A stretch of 62,796 nucleotides of DNA, the filler included, from Sphaeroforma arctica JP610 (lineage: Eukaryota), in assembly GCF_001186125.1 (NCBI RefSeq). It is 4 parts of one record of this genome, joined end to end, with 100 filler letters (N's around TTAATTAATTAA, not from the genome) between each part and the next. Parts side by side here need not be neighbours in the genome. Positions count along the whole stretch, not along the records: positions 12,095 to 31,205 come from NW_014040540.1; positions 31,306 to 45,507 come from NW_014040540.1; 2 more parts are not named here. The stretch is one strand, 5' to 3'. Shown here in pieces: positions 24,537 through 42,074 of this stretch (its first letter is position 1; each line of letters starts with the position of its first letter). The notes under the pieces were generated by a model. The model saw only the letters and a list, made by a program, of their open reading frames with translations, was not told where the DNA came from and made no database searches. The position numbers were made by a program, and so were the translations under genes.

Positions 24537-27500
24537 ATGAAGACCTTCTGTGGCATCGTGCTGGCGGCAATTGCCGTAGTTGTGGCACAGTTCCATGTAC
24601 ATATGTCACCCAATATCACGTTCAGTACAGTCCCGTTAAGAGGTTTTCCAAATCAAGAGATTCTCGTCAAACTAAATGCACCCGCAGGTGAGGAATCGAC
24701 ATAATTGTTATTCAAGAAGTATCGTGCTTCCGAGTTGATATTTACTGACTTGGATGCAAGTGATATTCACTGTCTGTGACAGTGTTGATATAAATACCTG
24801 GCTTTGATGTAGCTGATATACATTGACTATGACATAGTTGATGCAGCTGATATACACTGGCTATGACATAGTTGCACTGATGTGCATTGGATTCGTTACG
24901 GTTTGGCTGTTATACCTTGACTTCGATATAGTTGACATGCACTGACTTTGCTACAGTTGATATACACTGATTTTGGCGTTGTTGACATACACTGACGATG
25001 ATATCGTTGCTGTACACTGACTTTGATATAGTTTATGTACATGTATGTAATATAGTTCATACACGCAGAATTTGATGTACAGGAGATACCTTTGCTTTAT
25101 TTTAATTTGTATACATGATATACTTGTTATATACTCTTTTCAATACAGTTGATAAACCCAAACTTCAATAAATTTGAATATACTGACTTTGATATAGATA
25201 TACACTGACTTAGATATAGTAGATATACAGTTGCTTAGGTATAGTAGATAGACAGTGGCTTAGGTATAGCAGACATACACTGACAGATATAGTGGATGTG
25301 CACTGACTTAGATATAATTTTTATTCACTGACTTAATTATATTTGATATTTACCGACTTAGATATAGTTGATATACACTGACAGACACAGTTCATATACA
25401 CTGAGTTCGATATGGTTGATATACACTGACAGATACAGTTCATATACACTGAATTCGATATGGTTGATATACACTGACATCGAAACAGTTGATAAAAACA
25501 TACGTAGACGCATGTGACTGGCAGTGCAAGTCACAACACACCCTACAACGAGGTCTATGTGAATAGTAGTGTGTACTTAAAGCTATGATCACATGTCTAC
25601 ATGGCAGTTTTATATATATACCTTTGGATGTGCTGTACCAATACCAAAATATAGTTGCTTAGGTATACTTGGTGTGCGTTTTGTCGACTGTCTGTGGAAT
25701 ATCTTCTACTTCGAATCTGGACAGACACGCATATAGCAATACTCAATAGCGTCATGTATGTATTCATGAGTTTGTTTCACATACATCAATATATTTATAG
25801 CCGTTTAATGATACTTTCTGCGCGCTTGGCAAATTGCCTGTTTCTGTTTTCATGATTTCAAATCGAGAGTTCCAGACTGGTGTGTTTGGAGAATCCAGCA
25901 CACTAGGATGATTTGGAACCGTTTTACGAATCTACATTTCGTGTAACAACAAAGTATGCAACTTAGGCACACTCGAATACTCAAACAAGCCAAGCAAGTG
26001 TTCTTTTACGTCGTCTTATCAGCCTATATTTAACACGTCATAATTTATACCGAAGAATTCGTTATCGACTAAAAATGGAGTTTATGTATTCAATGCTAAG
26101 TAGGGAACGGTGGGCTTATGTGTGCTACTGCGTTGTTGTTCGTTTTGGTATACCTAGAGATCCCACACGTTGAATACTTGCCAAATATGTGCATATTGTA
26201 TACAAATCCATTTGCAAATAGCACACTATTCGTCTATCGTGCATGTGCTGATTGATCCCTATAAACTTCTGTGGATTGCTGTTGTCAGCTATGATTGCGG
26301 GAATTCGCGATACCTGTCATATGGATAACAAAGTGTGTTCGTATCACGCGTTACGCTAGTAGTATCCTACGGCTATAGTACTTCTCGGCGTCCAATTATT
26401 CACCACGGGGACATAGACTATACCATTGACCGCAATTTCCCAGTCCCAGTACTTACAGAGTTGCCTTTCATGTCTGGTCTGATTTCAATGTTATTGTATT
26501 GGCTTAACAAATGTCCATTACTATTACTACGAATCCGTCTAGTTGTCTTCGCTCGCTATAGAGACCACCTAATAGTTATTGCTGTTCCACCTGATCATTT
26601 CATAGAGTCAAAGCAAAGTAGGCCAACAGTTGTCATCGTATATCGCGGTGGTAGTATCAGCCAAAATCCCCCAACCCCCTCAGGCATTATATTTACCTGA
26701 AGCAAGGTCTCATCCTCAGCAAATTTTCTCGGTAATCGACAGGTTACGAAGGAAAACTAAAAATAGAAATCGACGGGTCCTCGGCAGTCGGAGGAGGTAA
26801 GATTGTGGGCGACAATGAAGTGAAGTTTGATGGCGGCGAACCCGTCAGTAAGGGAAGGGCAACATTCGGTATAGGTATGATATGGGTCACAGATTTCGAT
26901 GCACGCGATGTTTTTATTGCCAGGCCCACACCCGCGTAGTTGTTGCCTTGATAGGTATCGCATTTGCCAGATGCACCAGAAGAGTTGGCATAAGGCGGTT
27001 TTGGCCTGTGGTCACGGAAGCATGTCTTTTGTAGCCGATATGGTGTACGACGCCCGAGACACTTAAGTTTGTTTTAAAGTTTTTATGAACCTGTGCTGGG
27101 TTTAAATCGATCTGCGGTGCATGGTGAATATAAACCAAATTGCACTACATAGCAGCCTTTGTGAAATATATTAGGTTGGTTTATTAAAACCACCTTGTAA
27201 ACAATAGCTTGCGGAGGTTCGGCCAGTTCCAAACAGGCCGCAGCATCGACCCCTGTACTTAATGTGTTATGGCATGTGAGCTTCCAAGCAATCACTCTTT
27301 CGCGGGCTCTGTTGCGGTGTGAAATGCTATTGCCGAGGAAACTCATCCAAGCCATAATATCTCACTATGATCAACAGACAAGATCGGTTTGTACAGATTA
27401 CACGCTGAAATCGACGGAGAAACGGTTGTGAGTCATATCATCACAATCGCACCTGAGACACAGTGCAACGGCAAGCAATGGTTCTATGTGAGCTCCTGCG

Positions 27501-28032
27501 ACGACTGCGTGCACTTGACAGACCTCAACTGTCAGTACTGTCCTGGCTTGCAAACGGTATATTGGAGTTTAAAACTTATTCGCGTTCCATTGTTCACATA
27601 TGTTTTCTGAAGTCCTGATGTTGTGTGATATGTCAGTGATTTTATGCTATAGCGGTAATTTGTAATATCCCTGTAGCTTGTATCGCAATGTATACTGGCT
27701 GTGCAGGTTATTCGGAGACAATTTGTTGTATGTGCAAATGTGGACGTCCAGGCGAGGCTTTTTTACGTATTTGGAATACACCGCACATAGGAAGTACATA
27801 AGCATGCCGTTGAATGTTTTTATTTTACCTGAATGTTATAATCATGTGGAGAATCGGACACCCGGTTATTATTTTCTGTGAGACTTGTGAGCCTGAATGG
27901 AGTGGCGGTCTTATGCTGATAAGTATAGTTAATGGATTGAATGTGTTTGATTTGTAGCAAATACCGCTTGAAATCTGCGCATATGTAGTGTTTTGAGTCG
28001 GCACGGGTTAGTGTAGAGGTATTCGCCAATAT

Positions 28033-28112
<80 letters not shown>

Positions 28113-29535
28113 NNNNNNNNNNNNNNNNNNNNNNNNNNNNNNNNNNNNNNNNNNNNNNNNNNNNNNNNNNNNNNNNNNNNNNNNNNNNNNNNNNNNNNNN
28201 NNNNNNNNNNNNNNNNNNNNNNNNNNNNNNNNNNNNNNNNNNNNNNNNNNNNNNNNNNNNNNNNNNNNNNNNNNNNNNNNNNNNNNNNNNNNNNNNNNNN
28301 NNNNNNNNNNNNNNNNNNNNNNNNNTTATATATATATATACTTATATATATATCTGTGTTCAGGTAGAGATTGTATTGAGCTCTAGTCTCTCTCTGATAT
28401 GTCACATTATTCACAGTGCGTAAAAGGGAACATCCACGGGCCTTACGATCCGGTGGCGTGTCCTGAATGGTTTGTCAGCGTGTGCTTCGGTATGTCGAAT
28501 GTTATGTAGCGGATGCTAGTAGCCCGTTATTCGTCACAACGTTCCTGGCATTCGAATTCTCCGACAGCTTACGGCATGTGTTTGTATAAAGTCATCACAC
28601 TTTTGAGACTGCCCCTCAACTCTACTAAGGCGTGTTTTTTTTTGCCAAGGTCGAATTATGCCACAATCGTTTCCAATTCGTTTATTTTCGGATACACATG
28701 TGTGTCTTCCCAATTAGTGCTTCATTGTCTACCTTGTTTTTTTAGTGCTATTTTGCACAAATAATGCAGTAAAATCAGTTTCGAGATAGCCGCGATGATT
28801 TGTCAACTTAGGGATAGGCTATCGAGCCCATGCTTCTGACTGCACAGAGCAACGATCCGTCAGAGTATCACATGTCTGCGTTTGTTCTGATTTTGTCGTA
28901 TATTTTCGATAATTTAGCTGTATATGGCACCAGAGCATACCGCTCGGAAAGTAAGGTGTGTGGTGCTAGGTCTGATATTCTGTACGCAGAACTGAACAAA
29001 ACAATAGATACCGGAGAGTACCTCTGATATCGCAGCTACGTGTTGGGTTTGAATGAAGTTTCGGGACAATTTGGAAAGTGAGCGATACGGTACTGGGCTC
29101 AGGCTGGCCGTGTTCTCGCTGAGCTGCCGCTACTCTATACAAAATACACCAACTGTATTCAGTAACCCATCACCATGTATTGGTTTTTTCGCTTCTTCGG
29201 TCTGTAATATTCTCTTCCCCCATCCAATTCCAAGGTACATTGTCTGAGAAGCAATCTTTGTAGTAGCTATGGCTTTACTAATGTTCTTTAACCCAGGGAA
29301 GATCTTATCGAACTCCTATCACTTAACCGAGTTGTATCCTGATCATACCAATGCAGTTCCAGGGAATATCGCATGGAAAGTGAGCGCTGTGGCACTGGGT
29401 GTCTTGGCTGTGGTCTTGCTGAGCTGCTGCTGTTGCTTCATGTGCTCGCGTGGCTGTGGTCGGGATCAGTCCTACCTGTCTCAATACGATACGAAGTTCA
29501 ACCTTGACCATTCAAATCCTAATGTATGTGCGTAG
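24537..29535 (+). CDS. Type I membrane protein: signal peptide, Ig-like beta domain, PSI-like Cys domain, TM, Cys cluster; exons about 24537-24687, 26743-26874, 27378-27556, 28416-28488, 29363-29523; final exon uncertain
   Basis: MKTFCGIVLAAIAVVVA; GRATFGIDKIGLYRLHAE; SSCDDCVHLTDLNCQYCPGLQTCVKG...CPEWFVSVCF; IAWKVSAVALGVLAVVLLSCCCCFMC; phases join in frame. Confidence 0.7.
24745..25495 (+). repeat. Degenerate ~25-28 bp intronic minisatellite
   Basis: Many variants of atatacactgactttgatatagttg. Confidence 0.8.
28033..28112. repeat. (CA)n microsatellite before a gap
   Basis: Direct run. Confidence 0.95.
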
Positions 29536-31171
29536 ATCGCCTGTCTTTGTTGCCGGCAGTGTTACTTATTGATAGCTATAAGCACTTTAGCATTTACTTT
29601 ATTCCGTGTGCATGTCTGATTTTGTTGCATTACATCAGAGTGAGGCGTGTTTGCGTGTGCACTGCATCGACCGATATGCACTCCGAATGTACTGATTTGA
29701 TGGTGGCTATGGATAACTTGCGTTCCAGTTCTCGAACCCTTCATCATCACCAACCCACGTGTAATTTGATAGTGCGTTGGGGCTTGAAATCAGACTCTTA
29801 TACAAGCAAGAGTCCTGACATTGCACGACTAGATTGTCTAGTTTGTCCAAGGCGCACAGGTCCAATTGCGGCGTTGCAGGTATCGGTCTGAGTATACATT
29901 GATGCTCGTATCCCTGTACGGTTCATCGATGTAGTTTCATTCCTCACTTCACAGCACGCATGTATTGTAGCCAACGGCGTATCGTTTACAGCACGCACGT
30001 ATTATTGCAAATGGCATATCGGTTAATCAGCTTCATATGCTATTTGTACCATGTTTCCATTTCATACCCGAGGGCCAGGCTTATTGTGGCGCGGCACCAT
30101 ACTTCTTGTTTCACACGCGGAAGCCAAGATTATAGTACAGGTGGCGGCGTTATGTGAATCCTGTATCGTGTCTATGAATTTACTTTTCAATTTGATTTTA
30201 TGACGGGGCTTAATATATTTCCATATTTTAGTATTGATAGGAGAAGCCTAATGATTCACTGCGTAGGTCTGGAGCTATTTTGTATGAAAATCCTTGGTCT
30301 GTTCGAGCCCATAGAAGATACATGGACTTCGATTTTACATTGTACTTCAGTCGTTCGTTTAGCCTGTATTAAAACTATATGTTTCGGTTTCCACAGTATG
30401 GAGCGACTTCCAACAACGTCGTCCAATACCAAGAGAACAGGGAGCGGATAGCAAGCAAGTACAATATTCATAGAAACAGGTGAATACCAGGCACGTACGA
30501 TATTCCGAGGAAACGACAAATAACGAGAAGTTTAATATTCATAGAAACAGAAGAACACCATGCACGTAGAGCAATTTCTGGGGAGAGATCCATCAAGTAC
30601 ATTATCTCTGGAAAACGTTGGACAGCGAGCAAGCACATGATTTGTAGGGACAAATGGGCATTTCTAGGAACATTTCAAGGGACATGCAGACATCGAATAA
30701 GTACTATTCAATTAGGAACAGATCGCCAGTGCGCCAGTACAGTATTCCTAAGACCAGATGAACCGCGCCTTATGTTGCCCAAACGTTCACGAAGCGGAAA
30801 GGAGCGCTAAGGCAAGTGAGGCAGATAAGTTGTACAACAACTAGTCTACGAATAGCTTGTGGTTGGCGGAGATGTATTTATGCTTGCGGACCCAAGTTCA
30901 GCAGCAAGAGGACTTTGTGCCGAGTTAAGGGAGCGCTCGTTGATAGCCTCATACTGCGGTCTGGTTCATGTAGTACTAGACCTACACCCCCACACCATCA
31001 CTAGGCGCCCTTTAACGCGGAGATTCTTCGCTCGAGGTTTTACAGTACTGACTTGGAATTGCACTTTACGCATGGTAACACTGAAACACTGGGCGTGCTG
31101 TGACAACCGCGTGACCAATACACAGCCAACTGCGTCAGTAGGCAGCAGCACTTGGAAGCGAAGTTTACACA

Positions 31172-31390
31172 AACACACAGGCACCATTCTCAATGCACGA
31201 CTGGTNNNNNNNNNNNNNNNNNNNNNNNNNNNNNNNNNNNNNNNNNNNNTTAATTAATTAANNNNNNNNNNNNNNNNNNNNNNNNNNNNNNNNNNNNNNN
31301 NNNNNCACACAGGCATCATTCTCAATGCACGACTTGCATTGCGAAAGGTCTGCCCAAACACACAGGCACTATTCAATGCACGACTTGCAG
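31172..31390. repeat. Short direct repeat spanning an assembly gap
   Basis: cacacaggcaccattctcaatgcacgact variants near 31174, 31306 and 31360. Confidence 0.7.
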
Positions 31391-32212
31391 TGAGAATGGC
31401 GCGGCAGACATCGAGCACAAAGTTGCGTCGTGCATGGTGTAAGAGCTGAAGCCCCGGCCGTGATCAACGGAGTATTTAACTCTACGGATTGATGCAGTAG
31501 GCGTACATTGGTGCGTCACAGATATCAGCACCGTGCGAAAAAGAGTCCTATAGCGCAGCAGCGGCCGCGGGATGGAATACACTACTGTCTTATCACCATA
31601 TTCACTCAAGCACTATATTTCAACCCACCTTGAATAAAGGTCAATGGGTCTGTTTCTATAGCTACCGGCTGCTAAATAAAATTCAGATACATGATCAATC
31701 TCTTTGCCCTGCTTTAGTATGTGAGGCTTTTGCGCCACATGGCAGATGTGATATGCTCTGATTTGTGGTTACTAAGTATAAACTCTCATTGAAAAGGCTA
31801 TGTATTTCTCTCAAGCAGGTGAAAACCATATTCGGTGCCGAGCTTGTCCTTCTGCACATCCTTCGTGGTCTCCTAATCGGGTGTAAGCTTATACTCTGGG
31901 CATTGCGAGTTCGCGACATGATTAACTGTGTGGTTTGGTTGTACATGGGTTGTTCCAATACTGTAGATCCAAAATTGAACTGCGAAACAGGCAGTTTATC
32001 TCAGCATCAATTCTTGTATCAAAATTGTTATCCCAGAGACAGCTTTATGCATTAGTAGCATTCTCCGCTTTCCAGGTCCCATCCACGCTGTACTGTTAGA
32101 CTAGGCTAGACAACAATGCAAAACTACAGCATACACCCGTCACATTCATAGGGCTACATTCGCACCAGTTGTCGTATAGAAGTCACTCTACTAAATTTAC
32201 ACTGCCTCCTAT

Positions 32213-35200
32213 TTACGCTGAGATGTCGGAGGGCCTGTCAGCCAACTCATAACATCCCATAGGTCTAACCGTGGTTATAAGCTCAATATTCGCACACGCT
32301 TTCCTGCAGGCATCGCTTTCGCTGTGACATCGGAGCTCTATGTATATCTGCATAGACCATAGCACGAGAAAGCGATACAACATGAGCATGTGAACTGCAG
32401 ACTACTGCACAACTTCGGTGCGTGATTATTGATAACAATTCAAACAGTGCTGGGATTAAAAAAACTTCACCCGTGATGTGTGCAAGGAAATCGAATCCAG
32501 GAAAACTATATATGCGCTACTGAATGGTGGTAAGAGAGACAAATGCATACCTGTTTGATCTGTATATTTCCGGCGTATGTTTCCATTTTCGAGACGGTCA
32601 ATCCTTGGGCGGAGATACAGTCAAAGACCTAGAACGCAATTGCACCACACTGTACGGGTCAGATGGTGTTTATATCTAATGCAATAAAAGCTCAAAAGCT
32701 GAAGGGAGATACACCGCTGTGTCTACCGCACACCAACTGGAAGAAGATTTTCTCCGAGGAAGTTTACAATCGACGTACGCTTGCCACAAAAACGAAGTAT
32801 CTACAATGTACGTCACATCAATAGCACCACCTAGTCACAACAAGCAACCTTAGGAATACAATTCATCTCCCCTTTGGCAGACATATCGCCAAGACAACAT
32901 CCACAAAAACAAACACACTTACAACCAACCACATCATTACTCTACTAAATGTACGACTTACACAACTGCAACGGACAATGATTGCAGGATACAAAGACAG
33001 TGCAGTTCCTCAGACACGCACCTTAACTACATCCAAGCCATCTACGTTGTCATTGCTACCTATTAGCATGCTAGTGCCATAGGCCTTGCCCGCAATCTGT
33101 GGCGGCGGTGTCTGTGGCGGCTTCTGGATAACGATGAAACGTGTCGTATTCACCTTCATGTCCTGAATATCTCCTATTTGAAGTGTAGGAAGGAAAGAAA
33201 AATGCAAACTGTCAACCACTCGGCTATACACCACCACACAGATAGACGATAGAATGCCATAACGCTCATAAATCATTAACACCGATCTGATAGGCATACG
33301 CCACAGCTGAGGTCTAAGGCTCACTGCTTAGCACAGATAGCGCGTTGCTAGGCAACGAGAAGACTACTTACTCTTCAAGACAGACAATTGGTACAATTCA
33401 ACGCACAGCTCAGCTGCGATGACTGCCTTATTCCCACCCTCAGACTGTGCAACGAGCTTGGCGGCCACTAGGAGAGTGACGGGGAAAATCGGTGTGAATT
33501 ATTTAGATGGTAAGTATGCGAGACATCGGTATGAATTATTTAGATGGCGGATACTAGTGAATAAGAGAGAAATCTGTATGCAGATGGTGCATACCTTGAT
33601 AGAGGTGCGACAGGTGTGTTGGTAACGATATCATATGATTGTCATTATCTCAGAGGATCCCGTTAGTCAATGGACTATATAGGGCTGTAAGATATCGAGA
33701 GCACACGCTGGGTGTACAGAGGCGGTAATAAAAGTACAGGTTGCTATCTGCGTGCTTATAAGCCCAGTCTTGCCTATATATCTCGCAAATATATGTGACG
33801 TATAAAGCTTTTCGAGTACCTGCAGTGCCCGAGCAAGGGATAGGGGTTGCTCCCTGTCGCGCGATAAACAGTTTGCATTGTTTCAGAGCCTGCTCGTGGC
33901 TCAGAATTTCCGTAACATTGTCCAAGGACGTTCCCTATACAAATCCGTAAAACGGAAATGAAAGCAATCAGTACCATGAAGTAGAGTACGATGGTTGAGC
34001 CCAATACTTTAGCACAACAGAGCAATTTCTGTCTCATACGCATATTCATGGATTCAAACGTTTGTCACGTACATACGGATGTGCACAGCGAGAGATGCAT
34101 TAGCGGGGCATTCGACGTCACAGTGACTGATAACACAGATGTTATATATTGCGAAACATATAAACGTTCTCTGCATGACCTCCATAAACTTCTCGGCGTT
34201 CACATACACATGCCAGTCAACTACTTGGAACGGATAGAGCATAAGACTTCTATACCACAAAGCGAGGCTTCGATCTCATATACTCACTGATTTTTTCTAC
34301 GGTGTAAACAAGTATACACATGTTATGCGAGTCAGCTATCATGCAGATATAAAGCACCTAAGTCCTACTCAGTGCAAAGAGCAACAGCAATACTTTGGCC
34401 ACGCAGACTGCATATCAAAACACACAAAAATACGCCACATGTGCGTCTTTAGTAAAAGATTGCCAACGTGATACAACGAATTTAGAACAGTACACACACC
34501 CACACACACACGTAGAGAGTAGACCAGGCACACATCAAACTAACGCGCATTTATTAAATCGGAGTATGCACGCACACGCAGTGTACGGCAAGCGCACAAT
34601 ATGAACGAAGGGTGTGCACACCTCTGGGGCCAGTAGGCAGTGCTTGACACTGTGGAAGTGTTCGCCTGTGATTACAAGCGAGGTGTCTCTCAGTAGGTGA
34701 TGTACGGCTTCCACCCTACCTGAAAAACGGTACAAACCGGTACAGCCCATGTGCTGATATGAGTGGTTGTCATGTCTTGGAACTCGTTCTACAGAAGCCA
34801 CAGCGGTGACGTTGTATAGCACTCTAATGAATATAGCTGCATGTGTGTGATTGTGTGACAGTACACAACCCTTGCTGGGAGATTATGAACTCTATTGACA
34901 AGGGCATTCTCCAGGTGATCTATAGATTTGAGTATATTTAGATTGTTCGATACTTAACGAGCACAGGCAAAGAGTGGCGTTTAGCACTGAGCTTACAATA
35001 GAATTGAACACAGGACTCGCCCATACTGTGCTACAGCTGTACATTCAGTACCTGCTGTGGAGTTCTCAATGGCCATGAGGGTTGCATCCACTTCGCCCTT
35101 TTCAACAGCCTCCAAGCATTCGCGAAATCCCGGGCGAGGCACTAACTTGTAACTGCAGCACAGAAAAGAACACAAATAGAGTGAAGCAAGCTGCTTCAGT

Positions 35201-35588
35201 ACAAAACAGAAACAAGCAAAGAAATATACAGTAATACACACCAGAGTGCAGCCGTATTGATACTGGAATACGACTACCGCGGCCTAGCAGTCACACCAGC
35301 ACAGCACCGCAACCCTAAGAGAGATCTTGCTAGGGACAACCATACACCGACTTTCACTTCAGTAACTCCGTGTTGTCTGTTTTGTGAATTCAAATGACCA
35401 CCCATGACTTGGAAACTATATTGTATGGCTATGGATGCACTACTCTCCTACTGTAAAATGATTCAAAAATCATCGCGTACAGATGCAACGTGAATTACTA
35501 CATACTCAGGCAGCTTCTCGGTGCAAGAGATGTATGTGTACGTCCCGGGGATGCCCAGATAAGCCACAGATTTCTCGGTGGGTGTCAT
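32213..35588 (-). CDS. pheA: Prephenate dehydratase (PDT domain plus divergent ACT-like tail), about 8 exons
   Basis: VAYLGIPGTY, EAVEKGEVDATLMAIENSTAG, ITGEHFHSVKHCLL, ILSHEQALKQC, DIQDMKVNTTRFIVI; last exon ends RPMGCYELADRPSDISA-stop at 32213-32215. Confidence 0.9.
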
Positions 35589-35863
35589 TCTCGCAAGTGT
35601 AGATAAAATAACCTACAAAAGTGTATATGTATTATATACAAGTAGTATACACTATACAAAGTATAAGTACATGGTATTTGCACAAGCACCATATAAAATA
35701 AATATATACACCCTTCCTTGATGGCTCGATCCTTCTGTCAAAGTGTTCGCATTTATTTATTGGTTGAGTTGCGTTCGACATATTGCTTGGACATTTCAAT
35801 TTCAACTTGCAATCTGATCATGATGACTCTTTGATTTTGTTAAAAGAGAATTCCCCAAATCCT

Positions 35864-35955
35864 CTAAAACCCTAGAGCACCCTAAAACCATTAGGTAGAA
35901 TCACCTAAAACCCTAGAGCACCCTAAAACCATTAGGTAGAATCACCTAGAGCACT
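35864..35955. repeat. ~41 bp tandem duplication containing AAACCCTA motifs in a divergent intergenic region
   Basis: ctaaaaccctagagcaccctaaaaccattaggtagaatcac occurs twice. Confidence 0.85.
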
Positions 35956-36327
35956 CAAAAACCATACAAAAATAAATATACATAAAATAATTGTGCGTAA
36001 ATATTTATTTATTATGCCAACAAATGCATACCCAGCCACCAAGGCACAGTGGTGAAAGGTTTTAGGACAAAACCATACACTGTTTACGACTTCACGGCTT
36101 ACGCGCTCCAGAGAGAATAATACAACAACTAAGAACGTATGCTCACTGCGCCTGGGATCTGTAGATGACCACATAGCTATAAATACGCATTAGAACTAGT
36201 ATATAAACGACAGTCTGGCAGAAAGTAATACCAAACACATACGAATTACGTCGAATACATACATCGACACAAACACACACATACATACCTACATACATAT
36301 ATACATACATACATACATACATATACT

Positions 36328-37278
36328 ATGACTTGGAAGCAGGACGAGGAAGGCCACTTCAGCGTCAACGGCCACACCATCAAACGCACTTGCGACAAAT
36401 CAGGTGATTCCAAGTGCAACGCATTATGGGAAGGTGATGGATACGGGGGCTCTGTAGGGAGTGAAGCTCTTGGGTCTAAATACTGGGAAGTCATGGTGGA
36501 CACCCTGCACGCGCACAGCACAGTGTGGTTTGGGTTAACATCTATGGCACACTTCAAGCCTGGATACGGTATGAAAGGCATGTACTTTGGGGGTAACCTG
36601 GCTGATGGCGGGGGATTGCTGCGTTCACAGTGGGGTCCCAGGCCTCGACAAGGTGACAAGATTGGCATGCACGCTGTTGCCACACCGAGCGAGCTGAAAG
36701 TTAGGTACTACTTGAATGACGAGTGTCTGGGCGACGCGTTTGTTATACCCAAGTCATTTCCCGGTGTAATGTATGCGACTGTATCGCTGAGTAAGCCAGG
36801 CGACGAAGTGACGATCACGCAGTCAGAAAGCGGGACTGTCCCGGAATCAGCGCATGAGAAGATCGCTCGAGTGCCTGAGTGGCCTGAGGGTATGTGGAGG
36901 TCCGAGAGCGACTTTGGCAATGGCAAACATCCGACATTGAATATAAAAGAGCGCGTTGTCGAGGAAACCGTACCTGGCGCCGACAAAACGTACTCTGTAT
37001 CCTGCAAGTGCGCCAACAGTTTGAATACGTATGTCAACCGGTTTACGGGCAATGGGAAGTGGTCTTCGGGTCCATGTATGAGCACTATGATGTTTTCGCA
37101 AGAATGGGTTCACGCTGAGCAACGGGCGAGTGCATTGTTGGGTAATGTGAGTAAGGTTAGTGAGGGAGATGCCGGTACGTTAACAATTGAGAATGAGACA
37201 GATGGTATCACAGAGACGTTTGTGCGGTACACACCGGCAGAGCGCGAGCCAGTCACATCTCTATGGTGGAATGTGTAA
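36328..37278 (+). CDS. Intronless 316 aa protein, SPRY/B30.2-like domain plus META (HslJ)-like domain
   Basis: KYWEVMV...VWFGLT...GDKIGM...RYYLNDECLGDAF (SPRY-like); CANSLN...GPCMSTMMF...E...LTI (META-like). Confidence 0.7.
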   Translation: MTWKQDEEGHFSVNGHTIKRTCDKSGDSKCNALWEGDGYGGSVGSEALGSKYWEVMVDTLHAHSTVWFGLTSMAHFKPGYGMKGMYFGGNLADGGGLLRSQWGPRPRQGDKIGMHAVATPSELKVRYYLNDECLGDAFVIPKSFPGVMYATVSLSKPGDEVTITQSESGTVPESAHEKIARVPEWPEGMWRSESDFGNGKHPTLNIKERVVEETVPGADKTYSVSCKCANSLNTYVNRFTGNGKWSSGPCMSTMMFSQEWVHAEQRASALLGNVSKVSEGDAGTLTIENETDGITETFVRYTPAEREPVTSLWWNV

Positions 37279-37879
37279 AATTAGGTTGAGGATCAAATGT
37301 ACACGAACCAAAGATAAGTATATTGTACATGTATATGAAGTGGGATATGTATCGTGACAGACTATTGACCATGAGACGGATGATATCACAGAGACGTTTG
37401 TGCGGTGCACACCGGCTGAGAGTGAAGCCAGTCACATAACGAATAACCACTCGCCTTGCGGTTTCGAACCTGTACAGTCCTACCGCGATGGGGAACATCA
37501 ATCACAGACCAAGTGCTACACACACTTAATCCCGCCGACATGAGTGTCTGGTAAATAAGGCATATAAGACTGGTGAATATACGCAATATGTAATAAATGA
37601 GGCTTATGTGATGTGGGAGAATACGTACGGTAAGATAGTATTAATACTGGTATGTGTTTACAACAGGAAGTGGGTAGGCGAAGTGTACGCGATATACATC
37701 AAAGAATGCTGCTATCAAGAAGAAGTGATTCGGTGCCCAGTATTGTCGGTAGGTTCTTATAGAAGATGTAAGAATAATATGATGCCGAGTAGTATAGTCA
37801 ATTGTTACGGAGACGTACAACAGCCATGCAAAACAGATGACACGATCAATACAAGGAAGTGTTGTGCACACAGATTTGT

Positions 37880-37929
37880 TATATATATATATATATATAT
37901 ACGTGTGTGTGTATATGTATATATATATA

Positions 37930-37972
<43 letters not shown>

Positions 37973-38092
37973 ATATGTATATATATATATATGTGTGTGT
38001 GTATATGTATATATATATATATGTGTTTGTGTGTGTATGTATACAAGTATATATATAATATAATAATATAATTATATATAGTGTGTGCGTGT
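37880..38092. repeat. Compound TA/TG microsatellite
   Basis: Direct dinucleotide runs. Confidence 0.95.
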
Positions 38093-38664
38093 ATTTAAAG
38101 TATTTTACATATCGGCATTTGTAATTCATGGCATAAATGGCTGTGTCTAATTTCCAGCCAACTTCTTCCGAACACTATCCTTGTTAATTCCACGAACGAT
38201 CTCAATAATAACTACCCCTGGGGCATTCAGGTTGAAATTACTATCCTCTTTGATGCTGCCCTAGATGCCATCATAAATTCAGGGTATCGAGTGTAAATAA
38301 GCCAACCCCTTTTTCGCTACCTACTCCCAGTAAAATAGTACCGAGAATCGCCTCCCTGACTCACATTCAGATGGAGAACGTCAATTTAAATACAACGCAC
38401 CTTGACAATCTCCAACGTACATATTGCATCAACTGGCGCAGTGCCATTTAACACCGCTCGCCCGCCTACGATACTTAATTTGGGCAATAACCTTAAACTA
38501 AAATATAGCTAATACGTTTCGGTCACTTGAACCAATGCATCGCAATGTATCAAACTAAGAGTGCGATGTGCTCACACTGAGACGTAGTGTGCTACGTCCA
38601 GAGGTGCTCCATGTTCATATTCAGCATCCCAGGACTTCATACGCCCTGCACAGCAAATTATAAC

Positions 38665-42074
<3,410 letters not shown>

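Noticed and set aside
37608..38129. [12 protein letters not shown]-rich ORFs here and at about 6.7-7.1, 27.8-28.4, 41.2-41.8, 54.8-55.3 and 60.8-61.3 kb
   Set aside because: Translations of dinucleotide microsatellites
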